42,283 nt of DNA from Candidatus Methylopumilus sp. Lineage in GTDB: Bacteria > Pseudomonadota > Gammaproteobacteria > Burkholderiales > Methylophilaceae. Position 1 is the stretch's first letter. Each line of letters starts with the position of its first letter. The notes below the pieces were generated by a model, which was not told the origin of the DNA, made no database searches, and saw only the letters and a list, made by a program, of their open reading frames with translations. Position numbers and translations under genes: made by a program. The DNA is taken from the NCBI GenBank assembly GCA_049424605.1, contig JBMSSY010000001.1:1-42283 (forward strand), read 5' to 3'. Of the stretch, positions 1 to 10,466 are shown piece by piece.

Positions 1-42
1 TGTCACCATAAACATAATATGCCATGCTTTGACCCACAACAT
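1..42 (-). CDS. hemJ: Protoporphyrinogen oxidase HemJ / CopD family, 5' fragment running off the window edge
   Basis: Not in the ORF track. The reverse complement of 42..1 reads MLWVKAWHIMFMVT, matching the typical HemJ N-terminus (W-x-K-A-x-H-I). Its ATG overlaps the TAA of the upstream TlpA gene (TAATG). Confidence 0.8.
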   Translation of the reverse strand, partial: MLWVKAWHIMFMVT

Positions 43-563
43 TATTTCGTTCCTTTGTTCGCAAGCGTTTGATCTAGTAGTTTATGCAAACTCACAAAAT
101 CTAATTTGCCTATGGTTTTACCAATTATGCGGCCTTTTTGGTCAATAATAAAAGAAGTCGGGGTGAGGCTGACATTATCAAATGCCTGACTAATTTTTCC
201 ATCACTATCGTGCACAACAGGGAAAGGCAGGGCGTTTTTTTGTGCAAAATTCAGCACTTGATTGGGTGGGTCATCGGCAACTGAAACTGCAATGATTTCC
301 AAGCCTTGGTCGTGATATTTCTTATAGCTGCTTACTAAGTCTGGCATTTCTTCTATGCACCCTGGGCAGTAAGTTGCCCAAAAATTCACCACCACCATTT
401 TGCCTTGCAACGATGCCATTGCAATGGATTTGCCCTCAATCGTGGTAAGGTTGAGATTAGGCACTTGTTTTTTATCATTTAAATTCAAGGATAAAAATAC
501 AAGCAAGGCCGCGATGATCAGAGGGATAAGAATTTTTGCTGGTGTGCTTGATCGTGACTTCAT
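42..563 (-). CDS. TlpA/ResA-family membrane-anchored thiol-disulfide oxidoreductase
   Basis: VVNFWATYCPGC thioredoxin motif, an N-terminal TM anchor (ILIPLIIAALLVFL) and the cis-Pro motif TPTSFIID. The likely start is the ATG at 563 (MKSRSS) rather than 689. Confidence 0.9.
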   Translation of the reverse strand: MKSRSSTPAKILIPLIIAALLVFLSLNLNDKKQVPNLNLTTIEGKSIAMASLQGKMVVVNFWATYCPGCIEEMPDLVSSYKKYHDQGLEIIAVSVADDPPNQVLNFAQKNALPFPVVHDSDGKISQAFDNVSLTPTSFIIDQKGRIIGKTIGKLDFVSLHKLLDQTLANKGTK

Positions 564-668
564 GGTGAAAATGTCTATCCTTTGTAAGGCTGGTATTGTG
601 AGGTTTTTTATCAAGAATGTCATTAGCTGGCAATCGATTAAGGCCATATAACCACAATCTCGCAACCG

Positions 669-697
669 TTTAATGCAGTGCACTGCCATGATATAAT
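669..697 (+). promoter_or_regulatory. Sigma70-type promoter (extended -10) for the FAD/Fe-S oxidoreductase, with a palindrome in the spacer
   Basis: TG-A-TATAAT at 689-697 and TTTAAT at 669-674 (17-bp spacer). A perfect 12-bp palindrome GCAGTGCACTGC lies at 675-686. Confidence 0.6.
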
Positions 698-724
698 CGC
701 ATCTTTAATTTGACGTGAACACTC

Positions 725-3700
725 ATGGCCAGCCGCTTACGCGAAATTCCATATAATTACACCTCATTCTCAGACCGCGAAATCGTCATTCGATTTCTGG
801 GCGAAGACATCTGGAATGTTTTAAACGAGCTACGTGGAGAGCGTAAAACAGGGCGCTCCGCACGCATGCTGTTTGAAGTGCTGGGTGATTTATGGGTGGT
901 AACGCGCAACCCTTATTTGCAAGATGATTTGCTCGCGAGTAAAAAACGCAGGCAAGAGCTGATTGCGGCACTTAATCATCGTATTCGCGAAATTCACGAG
1001 CGTTCACAAGATAATCCGCTTGTGCTCAAACTGATTGTCGCTGCACGCGAAGCAGTGCGTGCTTTTGAAGATGACTTCAAACAAACAGAAGCACTGCGTA
1101 AAAAGACTTTAGCCAAACTAGGCAAAATCACCCGTAAAGATAATATCCAGTTTGATGGTCTGGCGCGTGTTTCTCACGTCACAGACGCTACCGATTGGCG
1201 CGTTGAATATCCATTTGTGGTCATTACGCCAGACACCGAAATTGAAGTGGCCGCCATGGTCAAAGCTTGTATTGAGCTTGGTTTAACCATTATTCCACGC
1301 GGAGGTGGTACTGGTTATACCGGCGGCGCAATCCCGCTAACCAATCGCTCAGCGGTGATTAATACCGAAAAATTAGACAGCATTGGCCGTGTTGAAATGC
1401 GCACTTTGCCGGGCGTAAGCCGCCAAGTGCCAACGCTGCATTGCGGCGCTGGCGTGGTCACGCGCCGAGCGATGGAGGCCGCTACTGAAGCAGGCCTTGA
1501 GTTTGCCTGTGATCCTACTTCTGCGGATGCCTGTTGTATCGGCGGTAATGTTGCCATGAATGCGGGCGGTAAAAAAGCCGTGCTTTGGGGCACGGCGCTG
1601 GATATTCTGGCTTCATGGCGCATGGTGACGCCTGATGCAAATTGGCTTGAGGTTGAGCGTTTAGACCATAATCTAGGCAAAATTCACGATATCGACGTTG
1701 CTAAATTCCGTATCAGCCGTTTTGATATTGATGGTAAAACCCTGATTGGTGAGCCTGAGATTTTAGAAATTGCAGGCCCTAGCTTCCGTAAAGTTGGCTT
1801 GGGTAAAGATGTGACCGATAAATTCTTATCTGGCTTGCCCGGCATTCAAAAAGAAGGTTGTGATGGCTTAATCACCTCAGCCACTTTTATTTTGCATCGC
1901 ATGCCTAAACATGTACGCACGGTTTGTTTGGAGTTCTTTGGTCACGTTGCGCTGGCGGTGCCTGCGATTGTTGAGATTAAAGATCATTTAGACGCGACCG
2001 AGTCCACCTTGCTTGCTGGCTTAGAGCATATGGATGAGCGCTATATTAAAGCGGTTGGTTACGCCACTAAAGCTAACCGTAGCGAACGACCCAAAATGGT
2101 GTTGATTGCAGATATCGCCAGTGATGACGAAAACGCAGTCGGTGAAGCAGCCTCGCATATTGTGCGTCTTGCCAATGCCCGCGGTGGTGAAGGCTTTATT
2201 GCTGTTTCAGCAGAAGCGCGTAAAAAATTCTGGTTAGATCGCGCACGGACTGCGGCCATTGCCAAACATACCAACGCCTTTAAGATTAACGAAGACGTGG
2301 TGATTCCACTGCCACGTTTGGGTGATTATTCAGATGGTATTGAGCGCATTAATATTGAGCTATCTATCAATAATAAATTGAAGTTGGTGGATGCGCTGGA
2401 TGCGTTCTTGCAAAGTGATTTGCCTTTGTATGAAGACGACGATACTCAAGTGGATCAAGAGATGTTGCTGGCAAAACGGGCTCAATCTCTCAAGTTGATA
2501 CAAGACGTTAAAGCGCATTGGCTGAAAGTGCTAGATAGCTTGGACTTGCCAGTAAGCAGTCTGGGTCAAGAGTATGCAAATCTTGCGGTTGATAATGTAT
2601 TCCGCGCTGTGCAAGAGCATCAGATAAGAATCTCTTGGAAGCGTGAGATTAAAAAGCCATTGCAATTGATTTTTGCAGGGCGCGAATATCAAACCATCCT
2701 TGAGCGTTGCGATGAAATCCACAAGCAAGTGCTCAAAGGCCGCGTGTTTGTTGCCTTGCATATGCATGCGGGTGACGGCAATGTGCACACCAATATCCCC
2801 GTCAACTCTGACGATTACGAAATGATGCATGCCGCGCATACTGCGGTGGCGCGCATTATGAAATTGGCGGGTGATTTAGATGGGGTGATTTCTGGCGAGC
2901 ATGGTATTGGTATTACCAAAATGGCATTCTTGGATGAGAAAACCATTTCTACCTTTGCCGCATATAAGCAAAAAGTTGACCCTGAAGGCCGCTTTAACAA
3001 AGGTAAGTTAATGGCAGGCTCAGGTCTGGAGCATGCTTATACCCCTAGCTTTGGCTTGCTGGAACAAGAGTCCATCATCATGGAACAATCTGCGATTGGC
3101 GATATTGCAGATTCGATTAGCGATTGTTTGCGCTGCGGTAAATGTAAGCCTGTGTGTACTACCCACGTACCACGCGCCAACTTGCTGTATAGCCCACGCA
3201 ACAAAATTCTTGGTACCTCATTATTGATAGAAGCTTTTCTTTACGAAGAGCAAACCCGCCGCGGCATTTCACTCAAGCACTTTGATGAGTTTAATGATGT
3301 CGCTGACCATTGTACGGTCTGTCATAAGTGTTATAACCCATGTCCAGTCGATATCGATTTTGGTGATGTTTCGATTGCCATGCGTAATTTCTTGCGTGAG
3401 CAGGGGAAGAAGCATTTCAATCCGGGCACTTCGCTGGCGATGACTTTCCTGAATATTAAAGACCCTGCAACCATTAAATTGATGCGTGGTTTTATGATTG
3501 GCTTTGGCTATAAAGCACAGCGACTTGGTCATGCGGTATTGAATAAACTGGGCTTATTAGCCAGCTTTAAAAAACGTCCACCTTCAACGCTAGGCAAGCC
3601 TGATATTAAAGCGCAAGTGGTGCACTTTTTAAATCGTCCTATGCCAAAAGCCATGCCAACCAAGACTTCTAGAGCGTTGTTAGGCATTGAAGATGACAAA

Positions 3701-4537
3701 ATGGTGCCAGTGATTCGCGATCCTAAAAAAATGGGTGAAGAGGGCGATGCTGTCTTCTACTTCCCAGGTTGTGGTTCAGAACGCTTATTCTCAACCGTTG
3801 GTTTAGCAACACAAGCCATGCTGTATGAAGTTGGCGCCACCACGGTATTGCCACCCGGCTATTTGTGCTGCGGCTACCCACAAACGGCGAGCGGCAATCA
3901 CGATAAAGGTCAGCAAATCACCGCTGAAAATCGCGTGCAATTCCATAGAATCGCTAACACCTTGAACTATCTTGATATCAAGACGGTGATTGTGTCTTGC
4001 GGTACTTGTATGGATCAATTGCAAAAATACGAATTCGAGAAGATTTTCCCAGGTTGTCGTTTACTGGATATCCACGAGTATTTAATGGAAAAAGGCATGA
4101 AGCTAGAAGGGGTAACAGGTACGCGTTATATGTACCATGACCCTTGCCACAGCCCAATGAAGACCTACGCACCGCTTAAAGTTACTAACGCGCTTATGGG
4201 GCAAGATGTTACTTTGAATGAGCGTTGTTGTGGCGAGTCTGGCACTTTTGCCGTGGGCCGACCAGACATTGCCACCCAAGTTAAGATGCGTAAGCAAGAA
4301 GAGCTGGAAAAAAGCATGGTTAAGCTTGGTTTAACACCAGGTGCGCCTGAGCAGGAGGTCAAGATTTTGACTTCTTGCCCAAGTTGTTTGCAAGGTTTAT
4401 CACGCTATGGTGAAGATACAGGCATTAAGTCTGACTACATCGTGGTGGAAATGGCCAAGCATTTGCTCGGTGAAAACTGGATGCAAGACTATGTTGAAAA
4501 AGCGAATAACGGCGGTATTGAAAAAGTGCTGTTATAA
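725..4537 (+). CDS. FAD-linked oxidoreductase with 4Fe-4S dicluster and CCG domains (GlcD/GlcF-like fusion, DUF3683/DUF3400 type)
   Basis: 1270 aa. FAD-binding [19 protein letters not shown] and GEHGIG motifs of the FAD-oxidase C domain, CxxCxxCxxxC twice ([22 protein letters not shown]) and CCG motifs ([15 protein letters not shown]). Confidence 0.9.
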   Translation: MASRLREIPYNYTSFSDREIVIRFLGEDIWNVLNELRGERKTGRSARMLFEVLGDLWVVTRNPYLQDDLLASKKRRQELIAALNHRIREIHERSQDNPLVLKLIVAAREAVRAFEDDFKQTEALRKKTLAKLGKITRKDNIQFDGLARVSHVTDATDWRVEYPFVVITPDTEIEVAAMVKACIELGLTIIPRGGGTGYTGGAIPLTNRSAVINTEKLDSIGRVEMRTLPGVSRQVPTLHCGAGVVTRRAMEAATEAGLEFACDPTSADACCIGGNVAMNAGGKKAVLWGTALDILASWRMVTPDANWLEVERLDHNLGKIHDIDVAKFRISRFDIDGKTLIGEPEILEIAGPSFRKVGLGKDVTDKFLSGLPGIQKEGCDGLITSATFILHRMPKHVRTVCLEFFGHVALAVPAIVEIKDHLDATESTLLAGLEHMDERYIKAVGYATKANRSERPKMVLIADIASDDENAVGEAASHIVRLANARGGEGFIAVSAEARKKFWLDRARTAAIAKHTNAFKINEDVVIPLPRLGDYSDGIERINIELSINNKLKLVDALDAFLQSDLPLYEDDDTQVDQEMLLAKRAQSLKLIQDVKAHWLKVLDSLDLPVSSLGQEYANLAVDNVFRAVQEHQIRISWKREIKKPLQLIFAGREYQTILERCDEIHKQVLKGRVFVALHMHAGDGNVHTNIPVNSDDYEMMHAAHTAVARIMKLAGDLDGVISGEHGIGITKMAFLDEKTISTFAAYKQKVDPEGRFNKGKLMAGSGLEHAYTPSFGLLEQESIIMEQSAIGDIADSISDCLRCGKCKPVCTTHVPRANLLYSPRNKILGTSLLIEAFLYEEQTRRGISLKHFDEFNDVADHCTVCHKCYNPCPVDIDFGDVSIAMRNFLREQGKKHFNPGTSLAMTFLNIKDPATIKLMRGFMIGFGYKAQRLGHAVLNKLGLLASFKKRPPSTLGKPDIKAQVVHFLNRPMPKAMPTKTSRALLGIEDDKMVPVIRDPKKMGEEGDAVFYFPGCGSERLFSTVGLATQAMLYEVGATTVLPPGYLCCGYPQTASGNHDKGQQITAENRVQFHRIANTLNYLDIKTVIVSCGTCMDQLQKYEFEKIFPGCRLLDIHEYLMEKGMKLEGVTGTRYMYHDPCHSPMKTYAPLKVTNALMGQDVTLNERCCGESGTFAVGRPDIATQVKMRKQEELEKSMVKLGLTPGAPEQEVKILTSCPSCLQGLSRYGEDTGIKSDYIVVEMAKHLLGENWMQDYVEKANNGGIEKVLL

Positions 4538-4582
4538 GTATCTGGGCCAAATACTTTTAGCTGAGTCATTTTGGCTAGTAAT

Positions 4583-4619
4583 AAAAAACGCGGTTTCTTT
4601 ACAGATGCCGCGTTTTTTT
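4583..4619. terminator. Bidirectional intrinsic terminator between the oxidoreductase and phoR
   Basis: AAAAAACGCGG...CCGCGTTTTTT inverted repeat with A/T tails between convergent genes. Confidence 0.85.
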
Positions 4620-4665
4620 ATGAGCACTATCTAGCAAGCGAAAACTGTGAGCATGACAAAATCGA

Positions 4666-5970
4666 CTAGCTTGATTTGTTGACGATTCTAGACTTAGGAA
4701 ACACCGCTTTAAAGGTGCTGCCTTTGCCGAATTCGCTGCTGATTTCTAAGCGGCCTTGATGGCGATTAAGGATGTGTTTAACGATAGAAAGTCCCAAACC
4801 TGTGCCGCCTGTTTCTCGACTGCGGCTTCGATCAACGCGATAAAAGCGCTCAGTGAGTCGGCTAATATGTTGTGGCTCTATGCCTAAACCCGTGTCTGTT
4901 ACGCTAAATACGGCTTCTTGATTGACGGTCTGCCAGTTCATATTAATGCTACCGCCGTCTGGCGTATAGCGTATGGCATTACTCACCAAATTACCAAAAG
5001 CACTATGTAACTCCTGATTGGAGGCGCTTAAGTACAAGGTTTTATCGGCCTCCAGCGTGATGGTATGACGGCCATTACTCAGGCTTTTGGACTCATTCAA
5101 AATGGTGTTGAGTAGCGCAGGCACATCAAGCACAGTCTCGTCAGGCGATGTAGCGCCACTTTCTAATTGCGATAGCGTGAGCAAGTCTTCAATCAGCAAA
5201 CGCATACGGCTGGTTTGTTCTTGCATCATGCCAAAGTAATTACTCAGATGCTCTGGAACAGCGCCGTCCATATCGCTCAATGTTTCCAAAAAGCCGCCCA
5301 CCACGGTGAGCGGGGTTCTTAGCTCATGCGAGACATTCGCAATAAAATCTCTGCGCATATGTTCAAGTTTTTCTACTTGGCTAATATCGCGGCTAATCAG
5401 CAGTTTTTGGTTGCTACCAAAAGCCACCAGTTGGATTTCTAAAGTCGTGTCCGACTGAATCCAAGACTTGAGTTTGATGGGATCAACATCAATATGATGG
5501 TCTAAATATCGGGTGAACTCGGTGTTACGCACCAGATAAACAATCGGATGATTGGTATCTTGCTTGAGCGATAGGCCTAAATGGCGCTCAGCAGGCCGAT
5601 TGCACCATTCAATTTTATTGTCATCGTCTAACAATACCACCCCATCAGGTAGCGCACTTGCGGCGTGCCGAAAACGATCTAAGGCCGAGCTAAGCTGTAT
5701 CTTGCTGCGATTGTGACGGCGTTGCTCATGGTAAATATTGGCGAATACATCTTCCCAAATACCGCTACCAGTGGGCATAGAATTGAGGTCAGGTTTTTGA
5801 TACCAAGCTAGCAGTTTATCCAGCCAAAATAAGTGATGTAAAAGATAGAGGGTGATGCCGATGGAGAAAACGATAAGCGCAGAGACTGCTCCTTTTGCCG
5901 CCCAAATAATCAGGCAGATAAAAGTGAGGCCGAAAATCAGCCAAAACACGCTCCAACGGTTATTTTGCAA
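4666..5970 (-). CDS. phoR: Phosphate regulon sensor histidine kinase PhoR
   Basis: N-terminal TMs, PAS domain, H-box DFIANVSHELRTPLTV, N-box NLVSNAIRYT and G-boxes (DTGLGI, GGTGLGL). Directly downstream of phoB. TTG start. Confidence 0.96.
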   Translation of the reverse strand: MQNNRWSVFWLIFGLTFICLIIWAAKGAVSALIVFSIGITLYLLHHLFWLDKLLAWYQKPDLNSMPTGSGIWEDVFANIYHEQRRHNRSKIQLSSALDRFRHAASALPDGVVLLDDDNKIEWCNRPAERHLGLSLKQDTNHPIVYLVRNTEFTRYLDHHIDVDPIKLKSWIQSDTTLEIQLVAFGSNQKLLISRDISQVEKLEHMRRDFIANVSHELRTPLTVVGGFLETLSDMDGAVPEHLSNYFGMMQEQTSRMRLLIEDLLTLSQLESGATSPDETVLDVPALLNTILNESKSLSNGRHTITLEADKTLYLSASNQELHSAFGNLVSNAIRYTPDGGSINMNWQTVNQEAVFSVTDTGLGIEPQHISRLTERFYRVDRSRSRETGGTGLGLSIVKHILNRHQGRLEISSEFGKGSTFKAVFPKSRIVNKSS

Positions 5971-6009
5971 GGCTATTCAATCATCAAAAGAAGGCCTGCG
6001 TATTATGAG

Positions 6010-6696
6010 CTATTGCGCTGAAAAACGGTAGCCAACACCACGCACAGTTTGAATTAAATCTTCATGGCCTGTTTGCTCAAGCGCTAAACGTAGGCGGCGG
6101 ATATGAACGTCTACAGTACGGTCTTCCACAAATACGCGATCGCCCCATACGCGGTCTAATACCTGACTCCGTGAGTGAACGCGCTCTGGGTTGGACATTA
6201 AATAATGTAACAACTTAAACTCAGTTGGGCCGAGTTCTATGGTTTTTTGATTGCCTGTTACGCGGTGCGTGGTTGGGTCTAAACGTAAGCCATTTAACTC
6301 AATCGGGTCATCTGTCATTTGTGGTGAACGGCGGCGAAGCACTGCCTTAATACGGGCATTGAGTTCACGTGGACTAAATGGCTTAGTCACGTAATCATCT
6401 GCCCCCACTTCAAGGCCGCGAATTTTATCGGCCTCTTCACCGCGTGCGGTCAGCATAATAATCGGGATAGTTTTTGTGAACTCGTCAGATTTAAGTTTGC
6501 GCGCAAACTCAATGCCACTCATGCCAGGTAACATCCAATCTAAAATAATCAGATCAGGTAAGGCATCGCGCATCAATAACTGGGCTTGCTCTACAGAGAG
6601 CGCACGAATTGGGTTGTGACCCGCTTGCGTCAGGTTAAGGGCAAGCAGTTCTTGAATTGCAGGTTCGTCTTCAACAATTAAAATATTCGCAGCCAT
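6010..6696 (-). CDS. phoB: Phosphate regulon response regulator PhoB
   Basis: LDWMLPG receiver motif, and VWG...EDRTVDVHIRRLR and IQTVRGVGYRFS typical of PhoB. Confidence 0.97.
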   Translation of the reverse strand: MAANILIVEDEPAIQELLALNLTQAGHNPIRALSVEQAQLLMRDALPDLIILDWMLPGMSGIEFARKLKSDEFTKTIPIIMLTARGEEADKIRGLEVGADDYVTKPFSPRELNARIKAVLRRRSPQMTDDPIELNGLRLDPTTHRVTGNQKTIELGPTEFKLLHYLMSNPERVHSRSQVLDRVWGDRVFVEDRTVDVHIRRLRLALEQTGHEDLIQTVRGVGYRFSAQ

Positions 6697-6741
6697 TATT
6701 CAGGTCTTTCATATAGATCATGTTTTATCACAGTTGAACAC

Positions 6742-6775
6742 ACTATATGAATTTATTGTGACAGTTTGATGACAA
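6742..6775 (-). promoter_or_regulatory. Pho box plus -10 element of the phoBR promoter
   Basis: The minus strand reads TTGTCATCAAACTGTCAC (6775-6758), near the consensus CTGTCAT-A(A/T)A(A/T)-CTGTCAY. After exactly 10 bp comes TATAGT (6747-6742), the classical Pho promoter geometry. Confidence 0.9.
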
Positions 6776-6883
6776 TCATACCGCTTATTTGTTTTGTTGC
6801 TATGCCTTGGTTTTTAGCGAGTGTGTCGCTTAGTGGTATCATTACGCATTATTTAAAAGTAGTTAAAGTTAAAGGAGCTGTTC

Positions 6884-7333
6884 TTGAACACCATAGAAAA
6901 AAATCTTGATGGCACAGGCCTTAAAGTAGGCATCGTGCTTTCCCGTTTTAATCACGAAGTTGGCGCAGGCCTATTAAAGGCATGTGAAGCCAAACTATTG
7001 GCTTTAGGCGTTGCTGCTGATGATATTACCTTGGCAACTGTGCCCGGCGCATTAGAAACGCCAGTGGTCTTGCAAGAAATGGCCAATAGCGAAAAATTTG
7101 ATGCATTGATTGCTTTAGGCGCGATTATCCGTGGCGAGACTTACCATTTTGAAGTGGTGTCTAATGAATCAGCTCGCGGCGTTTCTGAAGTGCAATTGCA
7201 ATATGGCGTGCCAGTGGCGAATGCAATTTTAACAACAGAAAACGACGAGCAAGCACTTGCGCGTATTGATGTTAAAGGTGCTGAAGCGGCTGAAGTCGCA
7301 ATTGAAATGGTTAATTTACTGAGAGCAATATAA
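6884..7333 (+). CDS. ribH: 6,7-dimethyl-8-ribityllumazine synthase
   Basis: [21 protein letters not shown] and KGAEAA motifs. AAGGAG RBS before a TTG start. Upstream of nusB. Confidence 0.97.
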   Translation: MNTIEKNLDGTGLKVGIVLSRFNHEVGAGLLKACEAKLLALGVAADDITLATVPGALETPVVLQEMANSEKFDALIALGAIIRGETYHFEVVSNESARGVSEVQLQYGVPVANAILTTENDEQALARIDVKGAEAAEVAIEMVNLLRAI

Positions 7334-7343
7334 TTAGGGCAAT

Positions 7344-7808
7344 ATGAGCGACAATCAAAAACAAAGTGTCAGCAAGCCCAATAAGCCTAACGGCAATCGT
7401 CGCAAATCACGCGAGCTTGCATTAAAAGGTTTATACCAATATTTATTGAGTCCCAAAGAGCTACGTTTAATCGTGCGTGAAATGGCGGACGAAGACGATT
7501 TTGCGCGCGCTGATGAAGCTTATTTTAGAAGCCTGCTAGAAGGGGTTTACGAGCAAATTCAGGTTTTGGATACCCGTATTACCCAGTTTTTAGATCGACC
7601 AATCGCTGAGCTCAGCCCGATTGAACATGCAATTTTGTTGATTTCGGCTTATGAGCTGATTTTTGATGTCAGTATTCCTTACCGCGTGGCAATTAACGAA
7701 GGTGTGGAACTGGCTAAGCTATATGGCGGAACCGATGGTCACAAATATGTGAATGGCGTGTTGGATAAACTAGCCGCTGAGGCAAGACCTGCTGAAGTAA
7801 GTCGCTAA
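7344..7808 (+). CDS. nusB: Transcription antitermination factor NusB
   Basis: RRKSRELALKGLYQ, VAINEGVELAKLYGG and YVNGVLD motifs. Confidence 0.97.
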   Translation: MSDNQKQSVSKPNKPNGNRRKSRELALKGLYQYLLSPKELRLIVREMADEDDFARADEAYFRSLLEGVYEQIQVLDTRITQFLDRPIAELSPIEHAILLISAYELIFDVSIPYRVAINEGVELAKLYGGTDGHKYVNGVLDKLAAEARPAEVSR

Positions 7809-7819
7809 GCCTAGCGATA

Positions 7820-7858
7820 GCAATAAAAAAGCCAAGCATTGCTTGGCTTTTTTATTGC
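7820..7858. terminator. Bidirectional intrinsic terminator between nusB and lpxH
   Basis: Perfect inverted repeat GCAATAAAAAAGCCAAGC-att-GCTTGGCTTTTTTATTGC. Confidence 0.92.
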
Positions 7859-7880
7859 ATTGAACCAGTGACTTAACTTT

Positions 7881-8633
7881 TTAAATCGCAACTGCCTGTT
7901 GAGAAACGCCGCTTGCATCTAAGCGCAAACAACTCCCTTGCTCATACCAATCGCCCAGCACTAGACGCTGACATTGGTGACCATCCACTTCTATGTAGTG
8001 GGTGTCAGGCCTATGGGTGTGACCATGAATAAAAATGGGGGGATATTGATATTGGCGCAATAGTGCTGCGACTGCTTGAGGGTTCACATCCATAATGGCG
8101 AGTGATTTATGCGATTTTTCCTGCTCACTTTGTAAGCGCAAGGCTGCGATTTGCGCTTTGCGAGCGCTGAGCGGATGCGATAAAAATTCAGCTTGCCAAG
8201 CAGGTGCGCGCACTTGTGTTCTAAAGGTTTGGTACTGAGTATCATCGGTACAAAGTGCATCACCATGGCTAATTAAAATGCGTTTGCCGTAGAGATGAAT
8301 TTCGCTTGGGTCTGGCAGTATTTCGATATGAGCAGCTTGGGCAAATTGTTCGCCAAGTAGAAAATCACGGTTGCCATGAAGCAAAAAGAGCCTGGTGCCA
8401 GCTTGGCTTAGCGCCTGAAAGGCTAGAATAATATCGGCATGGTCTGGGTGATTGATATCGTCATCACCCGCCCAATACTCGAATAAGTCACCAAGAATAT
8501 ATAGCCGTTCTGCTTGGCGTGCAGTGCTTTGTAAAAACCTAATCAGCCCCTGCGTGATGGCTGGACGTGAAGCGCACAAATGCAAATCGGAAATGAACAA
8601 GCTGTGGCTAGTGACATTTCCGATGTTAGACAT
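7881..8633 (-). CDS. lpxH: UDP-2,3-diacylglucosamine diphosphatase
   Basis: Calcineurin-like motifs SDLHL, LGDLFEYW, HGNRDF, HGD, HGHTHRP and VLGDW. Follows ppiB. Confidence 0.96.
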   Translation of the reverse strand: MSNIGNVTSHSLFISDLHLCASRPAITQGLIRFLQSTARQAERLYILGDLFEYWAGDDDINHPDHADIILAFQALSQAGTRLFLLHGNRDFLLGEQFAQAAHIEILPDPSEIHLYGKRILISHGDALCTDDTQYQTFRTQVRAPAWQAEFLSHPLSARKAQIAALRLQSEQEKSHKSLAIMDVNPQAVAALLRQYQYPPIFIHGHTHRPDTHYIEVDGHQCQRLVLGDWYEQGSCLRLDASGVSQQAVAI

Positions 8634-8662
8634 ATCAGTGCTTTAATAAAGCTAAAGCTTGA

Positions 8663-9154
8663 TTAGCAAACTTCAGCGCGTTCAATGATAACGCTTTCTG
8701 TTGGCACGTCTTGATGACCATTACGGCTACCAGTTTTGACTTTAGCGATTTTATCTATCACTTCTGTGCCCTCGACTACTTTGCCAAATACGCAGTAGCC
8801 CCAGCCTTGTGAAGTCGGCGCTGAGAAATTTAGGAAATCATTGTCAGCAATATTGATAAAGAATTGGCTGCTGGCTGAATCAGGGGCTGGTGTTCTAGCC
8901 ATGGCAATGGTGTAAGTCTTGTTTTTTAGGCCGTTATCCGCTTCATTTTTAATGGTAGGGTTGGTGTTTTTTTGTGACATTTCAGCCGTAAAACCACCAC
9001 CTTGAATCATAAAGCCATCAATCACGCGATGAAAAATAGTGCCGTTGTAAAAGTCACTTTCAACATAAGACAAGAAATTAGCAACGGTAATCGGTGCTTT
9101 TTCTGCGTCTAAATCAATTGTAATTTCACCAAAGTTTGTATGTAATTTAACCAC
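8663..9154 (-). CDS. ppiB: Cyclophilin-type peptidyl-prolyl cis-trans isomerase B
   Basis: [25 protein letters not shown] and WGYCVFG motifs. No signal peptide. Confidence 0.95.
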   Translation of the reverse strand: MVKLHTNFGEITIDLDAEKAPITVANFLSYVESDFYNGTIFHRVIDGFMIQGGGFTAEMSQKNTNPTIKNEADNGLKNKTYTIAMARTPAPDSASSQFFINIADNDFLNFSAPTSQGWGYCVFGKVVEGTEVIDKIAKVKTGSRNGHQDVPTESVIIERAEVC

Positions 9155-9202
9155 GTTATTTCCCTATAAAATTTAAGTCAAAAGTGTTGAAGCAAGCCTA
9201 CT

Positions 9203-10444
9203 TTAGGCGGCGCCTTCGTAAATGATTTTCCATTGCTGATTTTCAAAAATCCAATATTGGCGTTTGCGCATTTGGCTATCAAGTAAATTGCTACGGAAGG
9301 ATTGGTCGAACGTGACCACAGCCATGGGTAGTGGGCTATTAGGGTAGCGGAATACACTTAAGTTCGATAATTGAATATCGACTTTGGGCTTGCTTGCTTG
9401 TATGCGGCGTTTTTCTTCAGCCCAGTGGTTCAGGTCTAAGCTGCCATTGGAAAAGTGACTGGCGTAATGGCTTAAATAGGTCTCGGTATCTTGCGATTCC
9501 CAATCTTTACGCCATGTTTCTACGCTATCTAACAGTGCTTGTTTGTCTTTAGGGCTTTGGTTGGGCTTAAGCCATTCCATCTCTTTGCTGACGATGACAG
9601 GCACATTGCCTTGTTGCAAAATTGGCATCAGCGTATTTAAGTCTTGATTAGACAGCACAACGCAACCATCACTCGACTGTGGTGCGCGGCTATAAGTGTC
9701 GTGAGGCGTGCCGTGCAACCAAATGCCACTGCCTGTTTTACCTTGGCTTCTATCCCATTCGTTAGGATAGCTTAATGGATAAGCCGCATCGCCATACATA
9801 TCGGCAAGCTTTTGCGTGAGTTTGGCTGAGGTGAAGTAAACCCCAAGCGGCGTTCTCTTGTCGCCAGCATATTGCTTCTCGCTACCGTTTTTGCCTATGG
9901 TGACGTAAAAGTCGGCGTTGTATTGCGGCACGCCATTTTCGTTACGGTAGACAAATAAACGTGATTTGTCGGCATCCACCACAAAAATATAAGGTTGTGA
10001 GCGGTCAAGCTGCCAAATCGGCTCTGGAATAAGGTGATCAGTCGTTTTGTCTAAATAGCGCTCTATTCTTTTGCGCGCTTCATCACGATAACCAGCCACA
10101 TCTTCTGAACTTGGATTTGGGCTGCCAAATGCTTGAAATTGCTGGCCACGCGCCATAAGCAAATCGCCTTTGACTAAGTGCGCAAGTTTGAAATTGGGCG
10201 TTGTCGCAATCACTTGATCTAGTGTGTTCAGCGCATCGTCTATCTGACCAGATGAAATCTCCATTAAACTTTGTACGATTAAGTCTTCAGTTTTGCCAGA
10301 AGCGGTCACGCTGGCTTTGGGGAGCAGATTGGCTTCTGGGCGATTTAAAGCGGTTGCGCTCCAAGGAAAAGTCGCCACCATTACTAAGGTAATGGCGGTA
10401 TAGAGTTTAAATTTCACCTGCGGGTGTCGACGAAAAAAATTCAC
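9203..10444 (-). CDS. YkuD-family L,D-transpeptidase/carboxypeptidase (Csd6/Pgp2-like) with N-terminal TPR-like and C-terminal NTF2-like domains
   Basis: Signal peptide, GDKRTPLGVY, YPNEWD and the catalytic motif IWLHG...SDGCV. The C-terminal domain reads W..DWES.D...YL..Y...F. Confidence 0.88.
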   Translation of the reverse strand: MNFFRRHPQVKFKLYTAITLVMVATFPWSATALNRPEANLLPKASVTASGKTEDLIVQSLMEISSGQIDDALNTLDQVIATTPNFKLAHLVKGDLLMARGQQFQAFGSPNPSSEDVAGYRDEARKRIERYLDKTTDHLIPEPIWQLDRSQPYIFVVDADKSRLFVYRNENGVPQYNADFYVTIGKNGSEKQYAGDKRTPLGVYFTSAKLTQKLADMYGDAAYPLSYPNEWDRSQGKTGSGIWLHGTPHDTYSRAPQSSDGCVVLSNQDLNTLMPILQQGNVPVIVSKEMEWLKPNQSPKDKQALLDSVETWRKDWESQDTETYLSHYASHFSNGSLDLNHWAEEKRRIQASKPKVDIQLSNLSVFRYPNSPLPMAVVTFDQSFRSNLLDSQMRKRQYWIFENQQWKIIYEGAA

Positions 10445-10466
10445 GATGCGAACAATGGCTTAGTCA

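Noticed and set aside
564-689. N-terminal extension of the TlpA ORF, plus small ORFs 400..651 and 475..657
   Set aside because: The extension covers the divergent promoter region and precedes the natural TM anchor. The small ORFs overlap tlpA and have no recognisable motifs.
4407-4634. 75-aa ORF overlapping the oxidoreductase 3' end
   Set aside because: Out-of-frame overlap that runs through the terminator hairpin.
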